Below the pieces are notes generated by a model. The model was not told the origin of the DNA and searched no databases. It saw only the letters and a list, made by a program, of their open reading frames with translations. Of a stretch of DNA of 64,000 bases, positions 1 through 10,049 are shown piece after piece. The translations under genes and the position numbers were made by a program. Position 1 is the stretch's first letter, and the number at the start of each line of letters is the position of its first letter. Origin of the DNA: Gemmatimonadota bacterium (lineage in GTDB: Bacteria; JBHIER01; G020348925). The stretch is taken from the NCBI GenBank assembly GCA_020348925.1, contig CP070758.1, positions 2,495,688 to 2,559,687 on the forward strand, written 5' to 3'.

Positions 1-2
1 TG

Positions 3-800
3 TCCTTCGTCATAAAAAATTGGAAGGACGAATTCGAATATGAGATTGTGGGACAGATTACTGGAACAGTCGTCTACCATCAGGACGTTAAAGGCCATGG
101 ATTACAGGCTCGAGACATTATTGTCTGGCTCCCTCCAGGTTACGAGAAGAACGAGACGAAGCGTTATCCTGTGTTCTACATGCATGATGGGCAAAATCTT
201 TGTGATCCCCGTACTTCTTTCATACGCTGCGATTGGCAGATTGACGAGGTGGCGGACAGCCTTATCCGCAAAGGAGAAATTGAACCGATAATCGTTGTGG
301 GTATGTACAATACATCCGACAGAACACCCGAATATTCACCGGGTCCTAAGGGTGATGCTTATATGAAATTTGTTGTGAATGTGGTCAAACCACTGATCGA
401 CAAGACATACAGAACATTGCCTGATCGGGAACACACAGCCGTCGGGGGTTCATCCATGGGAGGAATCGTTTCATTCATGTTGCTGTGGGAATACAACGAT
501 ATTTTCTCCAAAGCGGCGTGCATGTCCCCAGCTTTCAAGTTCGACAACGTCGACTATGTCACGACTGTCGAAAAATACAAAGGACCAAAAAAGGATATGT
601 TGGTCTATATCGATAATGGCGGTCTTGGCCTCGAAGCCCGACTCCAGCCGGGTATCGACGACATGATAAAAATGCTTGAAAAGAAAGGCTATAAGGAAAA
701 TAGAGATTTCTACTGGTTCGTCGATAAGACCGCCGAGCACAATGAGGCCGCCTGGGCCAAACGCATCTGGAAGCCGCTCACATTGTTCTTTGGGCGTTAA
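3..800 (+). CDS. Alpha/beta hydrolase, putative esterase (enterochelin esterase-like family); 5'-truncated by the window edge
   Basis: Frame is open from base 3 (SFVIKNWKDEF...). Motifs: VWLPPGY, YPVFYMHDGQN, nucleophile elbow GSSMGG, C-terminal HNEAAW. Confidence 0.85.
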   Translation, partial: SFVIKNWKDEFEYEIVGQITGTVVYHQDVKGHGLQARDIIVWLPPGYEKNETKRYPVFYMHDGQNLCDPRTSFIRCDWQIDEVADSLIRKGEIEPIIVVGMYNTSDRTPEYSPGPKGDAYMKFVVNVVKPLIDKTYRTLPDREHTAVGGSSMGGIVSFMLLWEYNDIFSKAACMSPAFKFDNVDYVTTVEKYKGPKKDMLVYIDNGGLGLEARLQPGIDDMIKMLEKKGYKENRDFYWFVDKTAEHNEAAWAKRIWKPLTLFFGR

Positions 801-996
801 TGGGGAATATCAAAACACGTTTCGCTGGTCGAATTCATGCAAATCTTCTCTTGATCTTATATCTACATATTTAAGGATAACCGCGTCCGAAAATTTATTC
901 TGAGCAGATCCATAAAAAAAACATAAGAGCTCGTAAAGTCTGTACCATAATACGTTTCTTTGACTGAACATTTTACACATCTTGTCAATAAAGTTC

Positions 997-1025
997 TTGA
1001 CACCGTAACCATTATTTAATAATAT
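997..1025 (+). promoter_or_regulatory. Sigma70-type promoter candidate upstream of the YD/Rhs locus
   Basis: TTGACA (997-1002), 17-nt spacer, TAATAT (1020-1025); about 400 nt upstream of the next start. Confidence 0.45.
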
Positions 1026-1432
1026 TAGTCCGTAAGGTGATTGGTGCTCACCTGTGGAAGGAACTGAAGAAAAGTGATATGCTCTCTGAATTGTCACAAA
1101 CCAGAATCTCTTTGTATTCTTTAAAAATTGTTTCAATCCCAACTATCCCTTTGGTTTTTGACTTCTGCAGCTTTCTTTAAGAAAAAGGGATCGAGATGAA
1201 CGGAAATATTAACCCTTCCCTCCAATAACGGCTCCGATGGGCCGGATGACTGGAGTGTCGTTGCTGCAGAATAGAAATACTCAGAGAATCAAACACCATG
1301 AAATGCATAACCTTCACCTGAATATCAGTACAGATCAACGATAGAAATACGCCTCTTTTGAGATAGATGGCTATTAGTCAAGCAGAAGCTCAGATTGCTA
1401 AGCACAAATCACCCTATGAAAGGAGGAGTAAA

Positions 1433-2065
1433 ATGAAAAAGATCCTTGTCTCTCATTCCTCTTACAGGAAAGGCCTCAGCTGGCTCGTCGTACTCATGAT
1501 ACTGTTACCTATTTTAACAGCTGTCTCTCGAGAGGAACAAGCCAGTGATACGAATCAAGATGTGGTTACATTTCAACACCGGGCAATTTCGGAGCAACAA
1601 AAATCCGCATCAGGCGACAGCGGCTACACCATAAGATACGACTACAATGAACAAGGGCGCCTGGTGGGAGTGGACTACGGCGACAGCACGGTTATTATAT
1701 ATAGTTACGACAACGCAGGAAACCTCCTTTCAAGGGTAATCAAGCGGGGATCTCTCCGCACAGGGGATGTCGAAACAGAAACGCCCTTGACCTACGAATT
1801 GGCCCAAAATTATCCAAATCCTTTTAATCCGATAACAACCATCAGATACCAAATCCCGAAAAAGAGCCACGTGACATTGACAATTTACAACATCCTCGGC
1901 CAGGAAATCCGAACACTTGTCAACGATCGACAAGATGTTGGCACATACTCAATCGTATGGGATGGACGAGATCAATTCGATCAGGATGTGTCCAGCGGGA
2001 TCTTCTTCTGCAGGATGATTGCTGGTCAATTTGTTCAAACAATGAAAATGATAATACTGAAATAG
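1433..2065 (+). CDS. Small secreted protein with one YD/RHS repeat and a C-terminal FlgD-Ig/T9SS type A-like sorting domain
   Basis: AGGAGG RBS before ATG 1433; hydrophobic signal segment; YDYNEQGRLVGVDYGDSTVIIYSYDNAGNLLSR; tail LAQNYPNPFNPITTIRY...IYNILGQEIRTLV...WDGRD...VSSGIFF...KMIILK. Confidence 0.85.
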   Translation: MKKILVSHSSYRKGLSWLVVLMILLPILTAVSREEQASDTNQDVVTFQHRAISEQQKSASGDSGYTIRYDYNEQGRLVGVDYGDSTVIIYSYDNAGNLLSRVIKRGSLRTGDVETETPLTYELAQNYPNPFNPITTIRYQIPKKSHVTLTIYNILGQEIRTLVNDRQDVGTYSIVWDGRDQFDQDVSSGIFFCRMIAGQFVQTMKMIILK

Positions 2066-2109
2066 CTCATTGAAGCTTTTCTGAATCGCCAATCATAAGG
2101 AGTTCGAAA

Positions 2110-5100
2110 ATGCTCAGAAAAGAACGTATGGTCATTACTTGCTTTTGTTTCATACTTCTCTTTCAATCCGCTGATGCCTACATCGAGAAAAGTGGAAACG
2201 TTTCAGGAGAGACATGGATCGATACTACCTATTATATTACCGGCAGTATCACTGTGAATGACGATGAAACCCTGACTATCGAGGCGGGAGCAGTCATCAA
2301 ATTCAAGCCTGATCTCCGTCTCAAGGTATACGGTACCCTCGTGGCAACCGGTGAAGAGGGAAACGAGATTGTATTTACAGCTTCCAGTGATACTGATCAT
2401 GGACAGCCAATCCCTGAAGCCGCTGGAATTCCTTCACCCGGAAGCTGGCAGGGAATTTACTTCGATGGGCTTGATTACCGGGATGGAACCGGCCAATTGG
2501 ATTGGTGTATTATCCGTTACGGCGGGCAGGCCGGGTATGATGCCCCCAATGCCAACGCGTTTTTTCGCCTTTCCGGTTCAAGCTATTTCAGAGATTGCAC
2601 ATCCGAATACAGTGCCACCTCCGGAATCAAACTATCGCAATGCTCACCTTCGATTGAAAACAACATTTTCTCCAACAATGTCAATCACGGCTTGGACGTC
2701 GAGGGAGGATCCTCTGTCGTCGACAATAATACGTTCAATAATAATGGAGGCTATGGAGCCTACCTGGATGGTGTTGCCTGTAAAAGTTATACGCGTAACC
2801 AGGGTGTAGACAATGGTATCAATGGCTTTGGCGTGATCGGAACAGTGGAGTCCCATTGTACGTGGTCAATGGGTTCGGGGAGCTTTCCCTTTGTGCTTCC
2901 GGACGAGGTTGAAGTGCAAGAAGGTGGAGAGTTGACGTTTTCTGAAAACGCTATTGTCAAAGGAGATTCTCTTGGACTGCTCACTGTGAATGGAAAACTA
3001 GATGCAACTTTCGTAACGTTTACCTCACTGAAAGATGATGATATCGGTGGAAATAGCGACGGAGACAGAGGAAGTCCATCCTGTGGTGATTGGTATGGCA
3101 TTTATGTGACAGGAACGGGTAGATTTGATGGTTGCAACATTAAATATGGCGGGCGACAGGGTGGGTATCAGGTTCCTCTCGCTAACGTTCGATTTTCGAA
3201 TTGTGATTCCAGTTGTTTTCGGAACAGTCAAAGCGGATTCAGTGCCGAACACGGTGCAAGAGTCCATAATTGCTCTCCCGAGATTTCAGACAGTCGTTTT
3301 TATGGTAATCTGGGGCATGGAATATTTGCTCAGGGTAGCAGTTCTGCTCCTGCCATTAGGAACAACGTGTTGGGCGATGATGATGGTTACTGGTCAGGCA
3401 ATGGTGGATGGGGAGTATATCTTGATGATGTGATACTCACAAGCTATGCGAACAACAAGGGCGGAGAAAATGGAATAAATGCGATTGGAGTCAGCGGGAC
3501 TGTCACAGAGAATTGTGAGTGGGAAATGGGCGTTTCTGGGTCCGTTGACTTTCCATTTGTTATTCTTAAAGAGAATCAGGTCTCGGTTCCCCTGGGACAC
3601 ACACTCACACTGACTTCAAGAACAATCATCAAGGCCGATTCCTCATCTTCAATACTGGTTGATGGCACGCTCACAGCTGAGGGTGATTACCAGCGAGGCA
3701 CGGTCGTTTTTACTTCCTTTAAGGACGATGAATATGGGGGAGATACCAACAGTGATGGGCCAAGCTCTGGAGAACAGGGAGACTGGGACGGCATATTTCT
3801 GAACGGACAGGGGGATAAACAGGGAATTGGCGAATTCAACACGTGTGTTATCCGGTACGGTGGATACAGGCATGGTTCAGCAGAAGCCAATATCCGTTTC
3901 AATCAATCTGATTCGGGACATATTACAAACAGCTTATGTGAATATAGTGACTATATTGGTGTTGAAGTAATCAGTTGTTCACCCGATATTTCCGGCAACG
4001 AATTTCTACACAATGCAGATTCGGGATTATATGTGTTCGGCAATCAAGCGAAACCAGTCATCGCCGATAATATTTTCACCGGCAACGGATTGGACGCATT
4101 TGGACCGGGCGATAGCACATACGCGGTTGTATTGAGCAGTACCATATTAATGAGTTACACCGGGAACACAGGGAGCAGGAATGGTATTAACGCATTTGCT
4201 ATGAATGGTTTGATCGAGGACTCTGTGACTTGGAGTATGCCTGATCAGGATTTTCTCTTTATCATGACCGAGAATATCGATGTAGAAAAAGAGGGAACAC
4301 TATCTCTATCGGCCGGGACTATTTTAAAGGCAAAAGATGGTACGGAATTGAACGTTAAGGGTGTTCTTGAAGCAAGGGGCACCGAGGGTGATCCCGTTTT
4401 TATTACATCTATTGGAGACAACATTGGCGGAAATAAGCTGTCAGGTGAACAAGTGATTAACATCGAGCCTGGAGCCTGGGATGGGATCTACCTGAACGGT
4501 CAGGATGAAAACCTTGGTATCGGAAAGTTCGACTGGTGTATAATCCGATTCGGAGGAAGATCAGGTCAGTATAATCCAATGGCAAATATTCGTTTCGACA
4601 AATCAGATTCAGGATATTTCAGGCACAGTATTTCGGAGTACAGCAAGTTCAGCGGAATTCGAATCGACAACTGTTCCCCGGTTCTTGACAGCAGTTCAAT
4701 GAACTTCAATCTGAAAGACGGACTTATGGCTGTAGGTGACAGTTCCGCACCGATTGTTATCAACTGCAGTTTCAACAAAAACTCCGAGTATGGTGCAAAC
4801 ATGGATGACATCATCCTCACAGGGTACATCGATAATACTGGCAATGAAAATGGTACGAATGGATTCAGAGTTAAAGGCTGGGTAAATGAATCCTGTTCAT
4901 GGTCAATGGGTTCAGAGACATTTCCGTTTATCATGAAGGACGTTCTCGTCGATGATGAAGCGACATTGACTTTATCGGCTGGGACCACTATCATGGCAGA
5001 ATCAAACGGACGTATGAAAGTATATGGGACACTTGACGTGAATGGAAATTATGGTGAATATGTTATTTTTACATCAGTGAAAGACCCGGATTGGGGAGTA

Positions 5101-8100
5101 GTATTAGGGGATAGCTTGGAAGAACCAGGACCCGGCGACTGGGACGGGATCTACCTATATGGAAAGCATGAAGACAAAGGGATTGGATTGTTCGATTACT
5201 GTCTCGTTCTTTATGGAGGTGCAATCGGTCATGTCATCGAGGCCAACATCTATTTCAATGAATCTGATTCAGGGTACGTTAACCATAGCGATATACATGA
5301 AAGTGCCGCGTATGGAGTTAAAGTTGAAGGGTGTTCGCCTACATTTCGAAGAAACTTAATCACTCACAACATAGGCCCCGGTATATATAGCGGGGCAAAT
5401 AGTAAACCTGATCTCGGCAGGGATGCTGCTGCAAATCAGGGAAAAAACTTAATATCATTCAATGACAATAATGGCTTTGGGGTATACAATGCATCGAATA
5501 GCACCATAAAAGCATATTGTAATTCGTGGGGATATACAACTGTTGAAGACATCGATACTCATCTTCGAGATAATGAAGAGGGAGGTGGAGAGATCCTCTT
5601 CGATCCCTGGCTGGAGAAATGCCCAAAACGGGAAACGACAAAACAGTCTAATGGAAAAGATGGAAAAGTTAAGGATCCGATCTCAACCGCGACAGGTGAG
5701 TTGTATAACGAGATGGTCGACCTGTATCTTGGCGGACCACTCCCCCTCTATTTCAGCAGATATTATGCATCACTGCTGACAAGAGACGGCAATGTGAACA
5801 GTCGGTTTGGCACAAATTGGATGCACAATTTCGACTTGAAGCTTATCCTGGATGGAGATGATGCCTCAGCCGTTTACTATGGAGGGAAAACCATATCCTT
5901 TCAGAAGGATGATTTCAACTGGGAACTGGTGTATTCTGAACCGATTATCTATCAACTTGTAGAATCAGGAAATGAATTTAAGCTAATGGATCCGGAGAGA
6001 TCCCTCATATTTACCTTTAATGAAAATGGCATGTTCGTTCAAGTCGCTGATCGAAACGGAAACGTCCTCGATCTTACCTATAACGATGACATGCTCAGCC
6101 AGGTATCAGACGGGCGCGGCCGAAGTCTTTCCTTTCTCTACACAGATGACAAGCTGACCCAGGTCCAGGACCAGAGCGGCCGCATGGTTTCATACTCATA
6201 CACCGGGAATAATCTGACAGAGTTTACCGATGCCAATGGCTACTCCACCATGTATACCTATACCGAGACGGATGGGTACACGGGGCTGCTGACATCGACA
6301 ACACGTTCCGAGGGCAACACACCATACACACAGATCTATGATGAACTGGGACGAGTTCTATCTCAAACAGACAGCAGGTCCAACGCAACTCGCCTTGCCT
6401 ACGATTCTCCGGCAGAGGGGATGACAACTATCACAGATCCGCTCCTCAATGCTACTACACATACTCATGAGGACTTCAAGCGACTGACCCAGTATCTCGA
6501 CAACAACAATGAGTCTTGCTACATCACGTACGACGCGAACAACAGACGGACTGGCATAACCGACCGCCTTGGAGACGAGACAACCTTCACCTATCATGAA
6601 GCATCTGGCAAGATAAGTACTACGACCGATGCTGAGGGTAATACCACCTCGTACATCTATTCATCCCAAGCTCAGGGAGACTTTGACTTCTACAACCTGA
6701 CACGAATCGAATACCAGAACGAGACTTCAATCACCATGTCCTACGACGATTCAGGCAACCTGCTCACTCTGACTGACCAGGCAGGACAGAACTGGTCCTA
6801 TTCCTACAACAGTATGGGGCAGATGACCTCCGCTACCAATCCAGCAGGTGGAACAACAAACTATTCCTACAATTCCGACGGGTCACTGGCCAGCTACACG
6901 GACCATTTCGGCAATACGACCAGCATCGTCTACGACACCTATAAAAGACCCCAGCAGGTGACATACCCCGATGGGACGACACGTCTATTCACCTACGATG
7001 AGAAAGATAACCTGACATCTGCAACCGACGAGAGAGGTATGAAGACAATCCTGTCCTATGACACCAATGGCAATTTGAAAACCGTTACGGATCCTATGAA
7101 CAATAACCTCTCGTTGGAATATGACGGCAACGACGCAATCATCTCATCGTCCGACAGACTCAACGCCACAACCTATTACTTCTATGATGGAAACGAACTG
7201 CTGTCCTCCATCACCAATCCGGCAGTTGAAGCCACTGACTTTCTCTATGACAGCCATGGATGGCTCACTTCGGTGACAGATCCGGATGGTCATACATCCA
7301 CTATAGCATATGATGAAGAAGGTGTTGTGACTTCCCTTACCGATGCTCTGTCAAACACCTGGAGCTATATGAGCGACAGGCTGGGACGAATAACTCGAAT
7401 ACTAATCCCGGAGGGCAGCTCCCACGATTTCACCTATGACAGCATGGGAAGAGTATCAACCTACACAGATCCCTTGTCCAGAAGTACTACCTATACATAC
7501 GACGATCGGGGATTCATCACAGGGTGGTCTCTACCAGGTAATCTGTCGGCAGATTATGACCGTGACAACCTGGGCAATATCATCAGCGTGATCGATCCGA
7601 ATGGAGAGAGCTGGACCCGCGACTACGATGAGATGGGGCGGCTGACTACCGAAACCGACCCCCTGAGCCGCTCAACCATTTATAATTATGACAACAGGAG
7701 TCGAGTATCGAATATCACCTATCCCGGTGGTTCCCTGGAGATCACTCATGATGAGGCTGGAAACATCGTTCGCAAACTGTACTCGGATGGTACAGATATC
7801 AGTTTTGCCTACGACGACAATAACCGTCTCTATTCATCAAACGACCTGAGCCTGGAATACGATGCACGGGATGACATAGTGGCCTGTAATGGTCTGTTGA
7901 TGATACGAGATCAAGCGGGCCGTATTTCCTCCCTCACCCTGGCTCCCGAAAAAGTCATAACCTATAGCTACAACGGTCGAGGTTTAGTCATCCAAGTCAC
8001 CGACTGGCTTGGCGGAACAACAGTCATCGACTATGATGAGGCAGGTCACATCATTTCCATAACCCGTCCCAATGGCATCATCACAACGTATAGTTACGAT

Positions 8101-9186
8101 AATGATGGCAGGCTAATCAGTATTGATGAGGCCAGCTCAGCCAGACTTTCGTCAATTTCTTTGACAAGAAACAGCGCCGGGGACATCACATCCGAGACAC
8201 GAAACGTCCCCCTCATTCCCGATCTTTCTTTGGATACTCAAACGCTATCATATGATGAAGCTTGCCAGGTCACAGAATTTACATACGATGAGATGGGACG
8301 GTTGACCGAAGACATTCGACGTTCGTACTCCTGGAACCTGGCTTCAAGGCTTGTTTCGTACACAGAAGCTGGAAATACTGTAACCTTTACCTATGATGGA
8401 TCAGGATTGCTGCACACGAGAACATCGGAAGATGTCACCAGGGAATACGTCTGGAATTACGCCCTGGGCCTCCCGTCAATCTCCCTCGTCAAAGAGAATG
8501 GCCATGACATTATGTTTTACATCCACCTCCCGGGAGGAAGACTGCTTTACAGTATCGATGCATCGAACGATACGCGCCATTACTATCATTTTGATGAAAC
8601 GGGGACGACGCTTTTTCTCACAGATGAAGCAGGCGCCATCACCGACACCTATGGCATCACGCCGTATGGGGAAACCGTAACGAAAACTGGAATCACAGAG
8701 AATCCCTTTACCTTTTGCGGGGCTTTTGGTGTGCTTCAGGAAGGCGATACGGGGCTCTATTCCATGAGAGCCCGGTTTTATGATTCAGGTACAGGGCGAT
8801 TCATTTCTACCGATGTCATCAATTCGATTCACCCCATAGAGATCAATCCCTATCAGTATGCCATGCAAAATCCCATGGCTCATTCGGATCCGATGGGTCT
8901 ACAGACATTTCATTACTCTTTTCTTGATAATTATATACTGCCATTTTTTGTGGATTACTATATAAATATGTCCAGGAAAAAAGTGGAAGCTCCTATGCAA
9001 CCGCCAGCATTAAATCCGACATTTGATGCTGCAAAAGATCGTGATCAAAGTGACTTGAAGCCTTCTTCGGACAGGGATGGAGGTTTTTCCTTTATAAGTT
9101 CACGGTACACTCTCAGAGATGAACCAATGTTTTGGGGAGGTATTTGGCCAGAAGTCGGATTTGCCACACCCACTCCTACACCATAG
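2110..9186 (+). CDS. Rhs/YD-repeat protein: signal peptide, five right-handed beta-helix modules, DUF6531-like region, RHS core, variable C-terminal domain
   Basis: GGAG RBS; signal-like N-terminus; five GxWxGI(Y/F) modules; DPISTATGEL; many YD repeats; core GLYSMRARFYDSGTGRFISTD...NPYQYAMQNPMAHSDPMGL. Confidence 0.9.
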   Translation: MLRKERMVITCFCFILLFQSADAYIEKSGNVSGETWIDTTYYITGSITVNDDETLTIEAGAVIKFKPDLRLKVYGTLVATGEEGNEIVFTASSDTDHGQPIPEAAGIPSPGSWQGIYFDGLDYRDGTGQLDWCIIRYGGQAGYDAPNANAFFRLSGSSYFRDCTSEYSATSGIKLSQCSPSIENNIFSNNVNHGLDVEGGSSVVDNNTFNNNGGYGAYLDGVACKSYTRNQGVDNGINGFGVIGTVESHCTWSMGSGSFPFVLPDEVEVQEGGELTFSENAIVKGDSLGLLTVNGKLDATFVTFTSLKDDDIGGNSDGDRGSPSCGDWYGIYVTGTGRFDGCNIKYGGRQGGYQVPLANVRFSNCDSSCFRNSQSGFSAEHGARVHNCSPEISDSRFYGNLGHGIFAQGSSSAPAIRNNVLGDDDGYWSGNGGWGVYLDDVILTSYANNKGGENGINAIGVSGTVTENCEWEMGVSGSVDFPFVILKENQVSVPLGHTLTLTSRTIIKADSSSSILVDGTLTAEGDYQRGTVVFTSFKDDEYGGDTNSDGPSSGEQGDWDGIFLNGQGDKQGIGEFNTCVIRYGGYRHGSAEANIRFNQSDSGHITNSLCEYSDYIGVEVISCSPDISGNEFLHNADSGLYVFGNQAKPVIADNIFTGNGLDAFGPGDSTYAVVLSSTILMSYTGNTGSRNGINAFAMNGLIEDSVTWSMPDQDFLFIMTENIDVEKEGTLSLSAGTILKAKDGTELNVKGVLEARGTEGDPVFITSIGDNIGGNKLSGEQVINIEPGAWDGIYLNGQDENLGIGKFDWCIIRFGGRSGQYNPMANIRFDKSDSGYFRHSISEYSKFSGIRIDNCSPVLDSSSMNFNLKDGLMAVGDSSAPIVINCSFNKNSEYGANMDDIILTGYIDNTGNENGTNGFRVKGWVNESCSWSMGSETFPFIMKDVLVDDEATLTLSAGTTIMAESNGRMKVYGTLDVNGNYGEYVIFTSVKDPDWGVVLGDSLEEPGPGDWDGIYLYGKHEDKGIGLFDYCLVLYGGAIGHVIEANIYFNESDSGYVNHSDIHESAAYGVKVEGCSPTFRRNLITHNIGPGIYSGANSKPDLGRDAAANQGKNLISFNDNNGFGVYNASNSTIKAYCNSWGYTTVEDIDTHLRDNEEGGGEILFDPWLEKCPKRETTKQSNGKDGKVKDPISTATGELYNEMVDLYLGGPLPLYFSRYYASLLTRDGNVNSRFGTNWMHNFDLKLILDGDDASAVYYGGKTISFQKDDFNWELVYSEPIIYQLVESGNEFKLMDPERSLIFTFNENGMFVQVADRNGNVLDLTYNDDMLSQVSDGRGRSLSFLYTDDKLTQVQDQSGRMVSYSYTGNNLTEFTDANGYSTMYTYTETDGYTGLLTSTTRSEGNTPYTQIYDELGRVLSQTDSRSNATRLAYDSPAEGMTTITDPLLNATTHTHEDFKRLTQYLDNNNESCYITYDANNRRTGITDRLGDETTFTYHEASGKISTTTDAEGNTTSYIYSSQAQGDFDFYNLTRIEYQNETSITMSYDDSGNLLTLTDQAGQNWSYSYNSMGQMTSATNPAGGTTNYSYNSDGSLASYTDHFGNTTSIVYDTYKRPQQVTYPDGTTRLFTYDEKDNLTSATDERGMKTILSYDTNGNLKTVTDPMNNNLSLEYDGNDAIISSSDRLNATTYYFYDGNELLSSITNPAVEATDFLYDSHGWLTSVTDPDGHTSTIAYDEEGVVTSLTDALSNTWSYMSDRLGRITRILIPEGSSHDFTYDSMGRVSTYTDPLSRSTTYTYDDRGFITGWSLPGNLSADYDRDNLGNIISVIDPNGESWTRDYDEMGRLTTETDPLSRSTIYNYDNRSRVSNITYPGGSLEITHDEAGNIVRKLYSDGTDISFAYDDNNRLYSSNDLSLEYDARDDIVACNGLLMIRDQAGRISSLTLAPEKVITYSYNGRGLVIQVTDWLGGTTVIDYDEAGHIISITRPNGIITTYSYDNDGRLISIDEASSARLSSISLTRNSAGDITSETRNVPLIPDLSLDTQTLSYDEACQVTEFTYDEMGRLTEDIRRSYSWNLASRLVSYTEAGNTVTFTYDGSGLLHTRTSEDVTREYVWNYALGLPSISLVKENGHDIMFYIHLPGGRLLYSIDASNDTRHYYHFDETGTTLFLTDEAGAITDTYGITPYGETVTKTGITENPFTFCGAFGVLQEGDTGLYSMRARFYDSGTGRFISTDVINSIHPIEINPYQYAMQNPMAHSDPMGLQTFHYSFLDNYILPFFVDYYINMSRKKVEAPMQPPALNPTFDAAKDRDQSDLKPSSDRDGGFSFISSRYTLRDEPMFWGGIWPEVGFATPTPTP

Positions 9187-9454
9187 TTCACATATACTTT
9201 CCGTGAAGTTAATGGGATAGATTTTATCAGAAAGCAAATCGATATACTCGAAGAATCCTTCCGCCAACAGAAAGGACCTTCTACCACACCACAGCTTCCG
9301 GATACTCCAAATGGTGGTAACCGTGAGATACCATTCGATAAATTCATGAAAGACCTGTTCAAAAAAGGACAAAGATGACCAAGTCATGGTGATCCGTGAC
9401 AAGTAATACCAATCAGAATTTTGATCTAATCATGCATTTCATTTTGGAAGGAAG

Positions 9455-9775
9455 ATGATATTCACTACATCAGAACTAAAAGACCTCATACTCGCAGAGA
9501 TCAGCATTCGGCACACCCTGGGTGAGCAGGTTGGGGGAAGCGGACATCTGGGATTCGTCAGTTTGACCAACCTGGAGATCGGGGAACCGGTGGAGATCAA
9601 ATTCAAGGAGAAGCAGGCATTTGAGATCCTGTTCAGTTTTGAGACATACACCGAATCCGAGTTTCACTATGCCACAGACGATGATGATTCAGATGATATG
9701 TACCGCAGTATCTATCACGCCAAAATTATTGTCGATAAAGAGTTGAAGGTTTTACATTATACTAACCTGCCATAA
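9455..9775 (+). CDS. Small acidic hypothetical protein (candidate Rhs immunity protein)
   Basis: GGAAGG upstream; 106 aa, Asp/Glu-rich; co-oriented just downstream of Rhs. Function inferred from position only. Confidence 0.6.
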   Translation: MIFTTSELKDLILAEISIRHTLGEQVGGSGHLGFVSLTNLEIGEPVEIKFKEKQAFEILFSFETYTESEFHYATDDDDSDDMYRSIYHAKIIVDKELKVLHYTNLP

Positions 9776-9967
9776 TCACCAACTGTTCCTTTTGAAACCG
9801 CATCATTATTACCCTCACATAAGGAACGGATATCTTAACTCCTCTTCGCATTAAGAACTGTAATACTCCCTTCTTCAAAGACAAATATGAACGAATAAGC
9901 TCTTCCTCATTTTCTGGTTTTTATACTCAGTCAGGGATCATTATTAGAAAAAAATAAAAAAATCTTC

Positions 9968-10022
9968 TTGACAAATGAAACTTTACTGTATATATTGCGT
10001 CTATACAGTATGGACGATATAG
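9968..10022 (+). promoter_or_regulatory. Sigma70 promoter overlapped by a palindromic operator (probable GntR/YtrA-type site)
   Basis: TTGACA (9968-9973), 17 nt, TATATT (9991-9996); perfect inverted repeat TACTGTATA-N9-TATACAGTA (9984-10010); overlapping near-palindrome CGTCTATAC-A-GTATGGACG. Confidence 0.75.
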
Positions 10023-10049
10023 TCAGAACGCTGTGTCCGGGAGGTAAAC

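Noticed and set aside
1026-1432. Riboswitch in the 400-nt leader of the Rhs locus
   Set aside because: Only a weak hairpin near 1219-1256; no family consensus recognised.
9184-9186. TAG as pyrrolysine
   Set aside because: No pyl genes in the window and no methylamine methyltransferase context.
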